This document shows positions 25,060 to 36,190 of a stretch of 64,000 nt of DNA, piece by piece. Position numbers and translations under genes: made by a program. Position 1 is the first letter of the stretch; the number at the start of each line of letters is the position of its first letter. The notes beneath the pieces were generated by a model, which was not told the DNA's origin, ran no database searches, and worked only from the letters and a program-made list of their open reading frames with translations. The stretch comes from Octopus sinensis (lineage: Eukaryota), in the NCBI RefSeq assembly GCF_006345805.1, contig NC_043015.1, positions 29,884,001-29,948,000 of the forward strand. The letters run 5' to 3'.

Positions 25060-25290
25060 ACTCTTTTACTTGTTTCAGTCCTTTGACTGCGGCCATGCTG
25101 GAGCACCACCTTTTAGTCGAGCAAATCGACCTCGGGACTTATTCTTTTGTAAGCCCAGTACTTATTCTATCGGTCTCTTTTGCCGAACTGCTAAGTGACG
25201 GGGACGTAAACACCCCAGCATCGGTTGTCAAGCAATGCTAGGGAGACAAACGCAGGCACACAAACACATACACACACACAAACACATACA

Positions 25291-25331
<41 letters not shown>

Positions 25332-25525
25332 ATATATATATATATATATACATACATATATACGACAGGCTTCTTTCAGTTTCCGTCTACCAAATCCACT
25401 CACAAGGCATTGGTCGACCCGGGGCTATAGCAGAAGTCACTTGCCCAAGATGCCACACACTGGAACTGAACCCAGAACCATGTGGTTGGTTAGCAAGCTA
25501 CTTACCACACAGCCACTCCTCCGCC
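25060..25525 (-). mobile_element. SINE family A, full length
   Basis: Reverse complement of the family blocks. Confidence 0.9.
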
Positions 25526-26499
25526 TTGTGTGTGATGATGCATATATTTACTCTCTGTTTGCCAGTTTTAGAATTGGAACACTTTCCCTGCATATAAAGA
25601 ATGGTGACAGCGTTGATGGTGATGATTATAATGGTGTAATAGTGAAATACCCTGGTTTAGTGACCTGGGTACTTGGCTTATGATCGTACAGCCAGGAGTT
25701 TTGATTTCAGGCAGCACATCCTATCCTTGAACAAGACACTCCATTTCTTGTTGCTCCATTGCACTCTGCTGGTAAAAAGGAGATGTACCCCTAATTTAAC
25801 AGAATAGCCTTTTTCACACACTGTCTCAATGAATCTCTCTGAGAACTATGTATTAAGTGTACATGTGTCTGTGGAGTGCTCAGCCACTTGCACATTAATT
25901 TCACTATCAGGCTGTTCCATTGGTTAGATTAACTGGAACACTCATTGTTGTAATTAAGAGAGCTAGACCATGCTGGCAATGGGTTGGAAGGTTCAGCCGG
26001 ATGCAGCAGGTTGGAGGACTGTATCAGTCTCTGGTGTTTGTTTTGACATGGTTTCTATCAGTGGATGTTCTTCCCAATGCTAACCACTCTACTGAGTGCA
26101 CTGGGTGCTTTTTCATGGCACCAGCACTATAAGGTTTCCATGTAACTTGTAAAAGTATCCCTCAACTGAAATGATGTATAGTTCAGAAGGTGTCTGCTGT
26201 AAGCTAGGTTTTGAGAAGAAGGAGCAGGAATAGGTTTCTTGCATCAGAGGAGATGATACATGGTTACCTTTTCAATAGTCTTGACTATTGAAAAGGTTGT
26301 AAGATGCAACAAAAATTTTAGGAAAATAAAAATAAGAAATAAGTGGAAATTTTACCAGTGAGTGTGTTCAATTATAAGGCACAAAAAGAAAATGACTCTC
26401 CCCAGACACAACAGAATATGCTTCAACACACAAACTCATATAAAGAATCTTGCAAACCAAATCCCAAAACGAAGCATTCTGATTATTCTATCGAGTGTA

Positions 26500-26888
26500 A
26501 TACTCTTTTACTTGTTTCCATCATTTTTTACTGTGGCCATGCTGGAGCACCGCCTTTTAGTCGAGCAAATCGATCCCAGGACTTATTCTTTGTAAGCTTA
26601 GTACTTATTCTATCGGTTCTCTTTTGCCAAACCGCTAAACACACCAGCGTCGGTTGTCAAGCAATGTTGTGGGCACAAACACAGACACACAAACATATAC
26701 ACACATGCATATATACATATATACGACGGGCTTCTTTCAGTTTCTGTCTACCAAATCTACTCACCAGGCTTTGGTCAGCCGGAGGCTATAGTAGAAGACA
26801 CTTGACCAAGGTGCCACGCAGTGGGACGGAACCCGGAACCATGTGGTTCGTAAGCAAGCTACTTACCACACAGCCACTCCTATGCCTA
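26500..26888 (-). mobile_element. SINE family A, full length
   Basis: Reverse complement of the family blocks, head ending cagccactcctatgcc. Confidence 0.9.
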
Positions 26889-27300
26889 TTATTTATTCAC
26901 ATTGTTTTGAATTAATCATGCATTTATCTTGCAGCTTTGAAATTTTGTTGATGTGATTGTTTATTTCTAGAAATGACATTGTAGGGTAGATGTGAGAGGT
27001 CAAATTTGGCTGGTGTGAATGTATAAAACAGCTAAAATTTTTGGACAATAAGGCTGGTTTAAATAATGACCCTTTAGCATTTAAGCCAGCCATATCCGGC
27101 CCACCCAAATATTTTCCCTGTTTTATATTCAAACTGGCCAGATCTGGCCTTTCTCACCTACTCTACAATGTCATTCTTAAAATAAACAATCCCAGCATTG
27201 AAATCTCATTGAAAAACTACGAGATAATGCATGATTAATTCAAAGCAATGTGAATAAATAAGGGTTAGGTTTCACAGAATAATCTGAATGCTTAAAGGGT
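26889..27300. mobile_element. Two adjacent oppositely oriented piggyBac-type MITE copies
   Basis: 26889-27065 and 27070-27300 are diverged reverse complements of one another and match the 18727-19350 family. Confidence 0.8.
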
Positions 27301-27809
27301 AGAAGGGTTAATCCCTCATTCATGACGATTCATGGTTGAACAGTTAAGGATCTCTGAATTACAAAGGAGTCTTGTCTGGTTGGTATGTTTGTAATTGTTT
27401 TGATATTTTGTCACTTTACACAAACCTGATTGACTGTCTTCAGTCTGTGCCATATTTCGCCCACCTTTACAGATACCGGCCAACCATGACCTAAACAGGT
27501 TCCAGCAGGCAGCCAGGTATTTTTCAGTGGTTTATCAAGTGGCATTGTTGTCCTGTAATTTAAATACTGACTGTGTATTACTTTCCAAGAGACTAGCTTC
27601 ACATGGTCTCATAATTTTGTGTGAAATTGTAATTTGATCTGTATTCTTTATTGTAAGCTTTACTAATGACTGCTCTTGCGTGTAAGAGGTTTCTCTATTA
27701 TATGTATGTGTATGGGGTGGAGATGACACTTGTCTGTGCATACATACCTATACGCTTTGTACATTATTGCCATTTTTTATGTGTTTAAATTTTTATAACA
27801 AACAACTAT

Positions 27810-27970
27810 AGGCACAGGAGTGGCTGTGTGGTAAGTAGCTTGCTTATGAACCACATGGTTCCGGGGTTCAGTCCCACTGCGTGCCATCTTGGATAAGTGT
27901 CTTCTACTATAGCCTCGGGCCGACCAAGGCCTTGTGAGAGGATTTCGTAGATGGAAACTGAAAGAAGCCT

Positions 27971-28034
<64 letters not shown>

Positions 28035-28242
28035 TAAAGTTAATCCAAATATGAAAGCACAAAAAAACACAACAACGCGAGGACGTGGAACAAATATAGT
28101 ATTATTGGACGCTCAGGAAAGAAGGAGGGTTTAACGTTTCAAGCGGAGCTCTTCGTTGGAAACATAGGAGAAGGAAAGATCCAAAGAAGTGAAGACAGAG
28201 GGGAAAAAATCGCTAACGGTACACACGTGGTCACATCTTGAA

Positions 28243-28275
<33 letters not shown>

Positions 28276-28480
28276 GTAAGTGTGTCTGTGTTTCTCCCCC
28301 CACCATTGCTTTGTCAACCGATGTTGGTGTGTTTACATTCCCGTAACTTAGCAGTTCGGCGAAAGAGACTGATGGAATAAGTACTAGGCTTACAAAAAAT
28401 AAATCCTGGGTGTCGATCTGTTCGACTAAAGGTGGTGCTCCAGCTTGGCCGTAGTCAAATGGTTGAAACAAGTAAAAGAG
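27810..28480 (+). mobile_element. SINE family A interrupted within its internal (TA)n by an unrelated element of about 220 bp (28030-28250)
   Basis: Head and core at 27810-27975, tail at 28270-28480, foreign sequence between two TA tracts. Confidence 0.85.
28129..28163 (-). ncRNA. Degenerate minimal hammerhead-like motif
   Basis: Minus: gttt CCAACGA a gagc-tcc-gctt GAAA cg TT aaac; the core is mutated at positions 4-5. Confidence 0.45.
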
Positions 28481-28489
28481 AAAACAACC

Positions 28490-28855
28490 GTGTGGCATTT
28501 GGGTTTAGTCCCACTGCGTGGAACCTTGGGCAAGTGTCTTCTACTATAGCCTCGGGCCGACCAATGCCTTGTGAGTGGATTTGGTAGACGGAAACTGAAA
28601 GAAGCCTGTCATATATATGTATATATATATATATATATGTTTGTATGTCTGTGTTTGTCCCCCTAGCATTGCTTGACACCCGATGCTGGTGTGTGTTTAC
28701 GTCCCCGTCACTTAGTGGTTCGGCAAAAGAGACCGATAGAATAAGTACTGGGCTTACAAAGAATAAGTCCCGGGGTCGATTTGCTCGACTAAAGGCGGTG
28801 CTCCAGTATGGCCGCAGTCAAATGACTGAAACAAGTAAAAGAGTAAAAGAGTAAA
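28490..28855 (+). mobile_element. SINE family A, 5'-truncated
   Basis: Core and tail blocks ending gagtaaaagagtaaa. Confidence 0.9.
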
Positions 28856-29689
28856 TAGTTATAGCTTATCAAGTAGTTTGTGCATGGTGTGTACTCCTTA
28901 CTGTGTGAGGCTAAAAATATGTGCCAACTACAAAAGCACACAATCGTATGTCATCTATCTACCTCACATCTTTATAATCAATTTATTTTTTTTCATTCCT
29001 GAACATTAAACAAAGAAAGGCGGTTGACCTTTGCACCAGCAACGCTTGGTGCGTGCATGTGCACTCATGCGCACACACACACACACTCACACACACACAT
29101 TTCTCTCTCTTTTTCAACTGTATGTAACTAGTCCAGATCTGAGTGAGTTTAACCTGCTCTGCCACACCTTTTGCTATTTGATACAATCACACTATATTTC
29201 TTTTGGTTGGTGGGGAAAAACTCAGACAAGTTTTTCAACAGAAAATGTTTCCTTTGTTTAACATGAGATTTACACACACACACACACACACACACTCTCC
29301 CTCTCTCTTTCTCTCTCTCTCTCTCTTTTTTCTCTCGCTCTCCTTCTTGCGCTCTCTCTCATATTTCTCCTGTCCTTTATCTCTTGTTTTTCTCCTCTTC
29401 ACTTCCTCATCATCATCATCATCGCATCCTCTTTTCCTTGCTTGTATGGGTCAGACAGAATTTGTTGAGACAATTTTTTTCTTCAGCCAGATTCCCTTCT
29501 TGTCGCGAATCCTCTTCTCTTTTCAAGCGTGCTAATATTTCCCCGATGGTTGGACATCATTTCACGGAAAACTGAACACAAACAACACTATTTGTATTAT
29601 GTTACAGTTAGACGTATTTTAGGTCAGTTACTAATATGATACATTTTAATGTTTTTTTTGTAAACATAATTATAATATGATGTCCAGAT

Positions 29690-30365
29690 CCTAAAACCAA
29701 GGTGCCACATTGGTGTGGGTGCTGGAGCCATGTGGAAAGCACCCAGTACACTCTGGAAAGTATTTGGTGTTAGAAAAGGCATCCAACCTTAAAAACCAAC
29801 CCGAAACTGACTATAAGAACGTGGTGCAGCCCCTGGCCTTGCTAGTTCCTGTCAAGCCATTCAACCCATGCCAGTATGAAAAACTGACATTAAACGTTGA
29901 TGACGGTGAGGATCTGGCCAAATGCTTGCAACAGAGTGAACTCTGCTGAAGGTACTAAAAGGTCCATTGAGGGTGTTAAATTGGGTAGACAGATTGTTAC
30001 CACCAATATCATCATCATCATTTAACGTCCGTTTTCTGTGCTAGCATGGGTTGGACGGTTCGACCGGGGTCTGGGAAGCCAGAAGGCTGCACCAGGCTCC
30101 GGTCTGATCTGGCAGTGTTTCTACAGCTGGATGCCCTTCCTAACGCCAACCATTCCGTGAGTGTAGTAGGTGCTTTTTACGTACCACCGGCACAGGTGCC
30201 AGGAGAGGCTGGAAACGGCCACGATCGGTTGGTGCTTTTTACATGCCACCGGCACAGAAGCCAGTCAAGGCGGCGCTGGCATCGGCCATGTTTGGATGGT
30301 GCTTTTTATGTGCCACCAGCACAGGTATCATAACTATAATTTCCATTTGATATTTATTTTGATGT
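29690..30365. mobile_element. Two family B copies tail-to-tail (29690-29905 +, 30010-30365 -)
   Basis: The first ends cattaaacgttgatga; the second begins catcatcatttaacgtccg. Confidence 0.75.
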
Positions 30366-30486
30366 TGATTTATATATATATAAATATATAGGAGAGGTTC
30401 TAGATGTGTGTATGTATATATATGTGTGTATATGCATATATATATATATATACGTGTATATGTGTATGTATGTTATATATATATAT

Positions 30487-30738
30487 AACGGAGATGTACT
30501 TGCATAGCAAGTGATTTGATCTGAGATCGTGTGTTGGAACGAAAACAATTGCAGCGTGGAAGGTGTTTGTAAGCCATTTAAGAAACACACAAAAGCCGTT
30601 CGATTCACTTCAACATTTAAGTTTAATTTGTCAAAATTTGTCAAAATCTGTGCTGCATCCGTAAGATGCAGCACGGATTTTTGTCAGTGAACAGGTCGCG
30701 GTCTTATAGCGACGAAAATATTTTGACAAATTAAACTT
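30487..30738. mobile_element. (TA)n-flanked element with an internal inversion carrying a hammerhead
   Basis: aagtttaatttgtcaaaat (30619-37) is mirrored at 30720-38; 17-bp hairpin at 30643-30681; TA tracts on both sides. Confidence 0.75.
30680..30730 (+). ncRNA. Minimal type I hammerhead ribozyme with G3:C8 core swap (sense to the gene)
   Basis: Stem I tttgtca/tgacaaa (7 bp); core GTGAACA; extra G; stem II gtcgc/gcgac; GAAA; palindromic stem III aatatt; UUU triplet. Confidence 0.75.
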
Positions 30739-31574
30739 ATATATATATATATATATAAACCCATGTATTTTGCCCAGCACTACTCCACTCCTAATCCAGG
30801 CATGTTTGTGACCATGGGTGTGTTTATTGTTTACACACTTCATTTTATGCTTCTCTGCTGTCTCCTCTTTCCTCTCCTCCCAGCCTTGATCTAAGTTTTT
30901 CACACACAAACACACATGCACGCACACCTTTTTTCCCACCCAGACACATGTTGATAACTGTTTTTTTCCATTCTGGCTAGAGCTAGAGATCCTCCAAGAT
31001 ACAGCAGCACTGTAGTAGTGTTTGGTGTTCTTGTTGTTGCTGGAAGAGTTCAAGGTATGTTAATCTACTTTGTCACTCTAGGGGACCCTGTTGCTTCTTC
31101 AATGAAGCTTCCCTGAACAACACACATATTTGACCATAGTTCTTTCTTCACAGTCTCTTCTCTCTTTTTTACCCCCACAAAGTCTCGCTCTCTCTCTGTC
31201 TATTCTTGCTGTCACTCACTCTTCCTTCCCCTTTTTTATGTCTCTTTTTAATTGGATTTTGTGATTTACAAACCCAAATCCAAATATCTCTATTGACCCC
31301 TCTTTCTCTCAAATATGTGTGTGTGTGCATATATGACTATGTCTGTGTATAAATTTATGTATGTATATATATGTGTATGTGTTTAGTGCAGCTTGTAGGA
31401 CTTGCTGAGTGGCATATGGCATACCTAAACATTCCTAATGTGGCCCACTTGATGATGATCCATGTCTCATGCAGCTTGCTTCTTGAAAAATATTGTCTGT
31501 GCCGTTTAGTGACTTGATTAGTTTATCATTTTTCATGTAAGGGAGAAAAACATGTGAAAAAAAATATATATATA

Positions 31575-31948
31575 CGAGCACTATGACCCGGCAACGCTGG
31601 GTCATAGTGCTGGTGCATGCATATACAGCTCTGTGTGTGCGCACATACACGTGAGTACTGTCCAAATCTCTGACCAATCACATGCAGCTAGCTGGCATTC
31701 AATTGGCGTATCAAGTTTCGGGCGTTTTGATTGGGTTTTGGGTAGAAAATTCACAAAAAAGTCACTTCTATTGATCTTTTAATGACTTTGCGGAGTGACT
31801 GGGGAAATGTAAAGATGTGCACGATCACCCTTGGACGGTTTTGAATGACCATAGAAAGTGTGAGCACTCTAACTGAAAAATTGTGGATTTGTATAAAGGA
31901 TACACACACACACACACAGACATTTTGCCGTTTATATATATATAGAGA
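31575..31948 (-). mobile_element. Non-autonomous Helitron (about 374 bp)
   Basis: Minus strand starts A|TCTCTATATATATATAAACGG and ends with a 12-bp hairpin (31578-31610) plus CTCG|T (CTAG variant); inserted between A and T. Confidence 0.8.
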
Positions 31949-32209
31949 TGATATGTTTTGTTACGAGAAGTTTCAAAACCAACCTTCAACATCAAGCTCC
32001 GTAAGTGGTCAAGAATTCTACATAACCTAAAAATAATAGCAAATGTACATTGGTATAATCACTGGTGTATATATTGTAAATTATTCCTTCTTAATCCCAG
32101 TTTCCTTCTGTATATACTTGGTTGTGGATAGCACCATGATGTTATACTAACACACACACACACACACACACAACCTCATCATTATACATCTTCTCCCCAT
32201 ACCTTTTTC

Positions 32210-32440
32210 TATTTCTTTACTACCCACAAGGGGCTAAACACAGAGGGGACAAACAAGGACATACACACGGATTAAGTCGATTACATCGACCCCAGTGCAT
32301 AACTGGTACTTATTTAATCGACCCCGAAAGAATGAAAGGCAAAGTCGACCTCGGCGGAATTTGAACTCAGAACGTAGCGGCAGACAAAATACCGCTAAGC
32401 ATTTCGCCTTGTGTGCTAACATTTCTGCCAGCTCACCGCT
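32210..32440 (-). mobile_element. SINE family C, single full-length monomer
   Basis: One unit of the 4071-5140 array, with head gctggcagaaatgttagcac and tail gtgggtagtaaagaaatag. Confidence 0.9.
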
Positions 32441-32529
32441 TTACTAGTTTGAGTTAGTTCTTAGACTTACTACTGTGGGGCCATCATTTCCTCAGTCAGA
32501 TTAAAATCTTCACCCAAGCCTTACATTGT

Positions 32530-33200
32530 CTCTATTTACTAACCGCTTTACAGTGTGCTAGATGCATTTCATTACAGTTCTTTGCCATCTCTTTCAAGAC
32601 ATTCAGCATCTCAGATGAGTTCTTCACCACATTGTCCCATTTCGCCTTAGTGTTCCATCTTTCACAGGTTCTTTCCACTTCGAGGACTTGTCTCTTCTTT
32701 ATACAGTCGACACCCTCCATGTGCACTACATAATTATACTAACAGTCTTCTTTCTTGCACACTACATCTGATTCCTCTTACACCCAGCTTTTCTCTCAGC
32801 TCATTTCTGCCCTACACAGCCAGCAAAGCATGATCGCTTTATTTCTTTCTAGGATTTCTAAATCCTTTGCATCCAACACCCTTGTCTTGCTACCATGCAA
32901 CATAGCACTTTGGACGCAAGCATTATACAGCCTGCTCTTCATTCTGAGTGAAAACCCCTTTGTTATCAGCAGAACTTTTGGAATACTCATGCCACTGCCA
33001 ATCAGGTCGCCTAAGTAACAAAAGCTATTGACTACATTTAGTGTGCATCCCAGCCATTTGAAAGGATTTGTTTCACAGGTACTCTTACACTACTCACTGC
33101 TCCTGTGTAGCTGTATAAGGAGTCTACCTTCTCTGGTAGCCTGCCTATGGTTCCACTGCACCTCTTGGGCATCCATAGTTGATATTAAAGTTCATAAGAT
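32530..33200 (-). pseudogene. Decayed RTE ORF2 (post-RT region) fragment
   Basis: VNSFCYLGDLIGSG, KGFSLRMKSRLYNACVQSAMLHGS..LERN..ML.WLC and KWDNVVK motifs typical of RTE. Confidence 0.8.
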
Positions 33201-33335
33201 AATTATTTATTGTCATCTCTTCATATATATATATATATATATATGGGGGAAAGTTTACGAAAAAAACAAAAGATGAAGACAGGTGGTGTACAAAACAAAC
33301 AGATGTATTAGTATAACGCTCAGGAATAGAAAAAG

Positions 33336-33373
33336 TCTTTTACGTTTCCAGCCTACGCTCTTCTACAGAAAGA
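33336..33373 (-). ncRNA. Hammerhead-like motif (CUGUAGA variant) in a (TA)n-flanked element (33245-33632)
   Basis: Minus: tcttt CTGTAGA a gagc-gtag-gctg GAAA cg TA aaaga. Confidence 0.5.
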
Positions 33374-33989
33374 TACACAGAAAAAAACAAGTAGAGAAAA
33401 AAAATGTGTAGTGGCTACATATATGTACATACCTACATCTATATGTAAATATACATGCATACATGGGTGCAGGACATAAAAAAAACGTTGAACACAATGA
33501 GAAACGAAAACAAAAACGTGGAAACAAACTTTTTTTCAAACAATGAAAAAACAGAGTACAAGACATACAACATAAGAAATATTCCCCTTCTTCTGTTGTC
33601 CCTGTTTCATCTACTCCACGTTTCGAATATATATAGGTAGATGGGCAGATAGATAGATGAACCAAATGTAATTTACCTATCCACATTGTTCTGGGTTCAA
33701 CCCACTGGCGCCTTGGGTATCTGTTGCCTACCATAGCTTTGAGTTCACTAATGTGTTGTGGGTAGAATTTAGTAGGTGGAAACTATGCAGAAATCCAGCG
33801 TGTGTGTGTTAATTGTATAGATCAGTGTAAATACCTTATGGTACATATGTCTGTAAAAGTAAAACGCCACACTCAGTTGAGGGGGTCTTGTCTTGCAAGC
33901 CATTTGGTGACTTCACTGCTGTTGTTGCACACGCTGCGTAAAATGCACACAGTCCACTCTGTAAAGTGGCTGGTTTTAATGAAGGGTAT

Positions 33990-34400
33990 CTTTTCCTTGT
34001 TTCAGTCATCTAACTGCAGCCATGCTGGGGCACCTCCTTGAAGAGATTTTAGTTGAATGTATCAACCCCCAGTACTTATGTTTTTAAAGCCTGGTACTTA
34101 TTCTAGTGGTCTCTTTTGCCAAACTGCTAAGTTATAGGGGCTACGTAAACACACCAGCACCAGTTGTCAAGCAGTGGTGAGACACACACACACACACCAC
34201 ATGTATCCACACTCACAAAGACAAAGGCAGGTGAGGGAATAACAAATAGGTGTATTATTTTGACACTCAGACCGTTTCCATCTACCAAATCTACTCAAAA
34301 TGATTTGGTTGGCCCAGGGCTATAGTAGAAGACGCTTGCCCAAGTTGCCATGCAATGGGACTGAACTCGGAACCGTGTGGTTGAGAAGCTAGCTTCTTAA
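33990..34400 (-). mobile_element. SINE family A, diverged
   Basis: Reverse complement tail cagtcatctaactgcagccatgctggggcacc through head ggaaccgtgtggttgagaagctagc. Confidence 0.8.
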
Positions 34401-34829
34401 CATTATCCTTTTTATTTTTGTTGCCCCTTTCTCCCTTTACATCTAGTTACACTGATATTTGATATTTAAATCACCACCCACACCACTACCAACACCACTA
34501 CCATCATCATCATCATCATCATTATCAGTAATGGGGATTAAGAGGACGGTGTAATGAGTGGAGAATGTCGACTAGCAGGAAATTAAATGTAGGACCTTCA
34601 TTTCACCTGAATTGTCTTACCACATATATCAATATCATGACATGATGTTGCTATGGTAATGCATGTGTACCCTGTCTTGCCCTCCCCCCATCTCTCTCTC
34701 TCACCAATATTCAAATACACACTGCAATTTCTTCTACAGCCTTAATGTTGAAATAAAATATCTAATTAAAGTATAAAGTGTGTGTTTGTATGTATATGTG
34801 TGTGTATGTATGTATATTTTTCTGTGTCC

Positions 34830-34865
34830 CTTTCTGTAGAAGAGTGTAGGCTCGAAACGTAAAAG
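34830..34865 (+). ncRNA. Hammerhead-like motif (CUGUAGA variant), second copy, sense to the gene
   Basis: cttt CTGTAGA a gagt-gtag-gctc GAAA cg TA aaag. Confidence 0.5.
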
Positions 34866-35502
34866 ACTTTTTCTATTCCTGTTGAATTTGAATTGCCATC
34901 GTTTTTTTGTTTTTTTTTCTTAGGTAGGGATGTTGACCTTATTTTTGCTTCTGGGAAGAAGTGGTCCATATAAGTCTGGCTGGCTTCTCTATCCTTTGAC
35001 CCATCCAGCATGGGAGGACCTAACCAGGAGCTTGCACTCTACTGGCCTGGCTCTTGGGGACAACAAGCCACCACACTGCAACAAGAATTGAACTTTGTGG
35101 TGGATTCTGTTAATGGTTAATATTGTGTATCTGTTGTTGTGGTATGGAAGATCATCAGATAACGTAAAGTATGATCAATACTGTTTATGTGTTCAGTTTG
35201 TGTGAAATGTGGTTAGTATTGTGTTTATCAGTTGATGAGATATTAGGAATAGCCATTGGAGTTTGGTTGTGTTGTGGCTATTGCAGTGCTGGGAAGGACA
35301 GATTGTTGAATGCGATGTGCAATGGTCAGAGGAGTCTTGCTTCTGTGTGTGTGTTCTGCTGTGAAGGATGGTCAGTATTATGTTGCAGTCAATACAGTTA
35401 CATACTGAGGTCGGTAAATGTTTATGACAGTGCTATGTCATAAGATGATGACTTAGCACTGTCATAGATGAAGTGCTATGTCATAAGAAGAAGAAGAAGA
35501 TG

Positions 35503-35820
35503 CATGGCTCAATGGTTAAAGCATTGGACTCGCAATCATGAGGTAGTGAGTTCGATTCCTGTCTGGGCTGTGTGTTGTTTTCTTGAGCAAGACATTTTAT
35601 TTTGTGCCACTCCAGTTCACTCAGCCATAGAAATGAGTTGCGATGTCACTGGTGCCAAGCTGTATTGGCCCCTTTACCTTTCCCTTGGATAACATCAGTG
35701 GCATGGAGAGGGGAAACTGGTTTGTATGGGCGACTGCTGGTCTTCCATAAACAAATTTGCTCGGACTTGTGCCTCGATGGGAAACTTTCAAGGTGCAATC
35801 CCATGGTCAGTCATGTCTGA
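35503..35820 (+). mobile_element. tRNA-derived SINE family D; related copies near 25640 and 53105-53700
   Basis: Head tggctcaatggttaaagcattggactc..gagttcgattcc (A/B boxes), then cttgagcaagac and tgccaagctgtattgg blocks shared with 53105-53700. Confidence 0.7.
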
Positions 35821-35909
35821 AGTGGGTCCTTACCATTTTTTTATGAAAGAGGATAAATCTGTAATAAACATTGGTCAGTGTTCAGTGTCTGTCTATCATA
35901 GTGCTGTGA

Positions 35910-36176
<267 letters not shown>

Positions 36177-36190
36177 TAACAACTGTTTGA

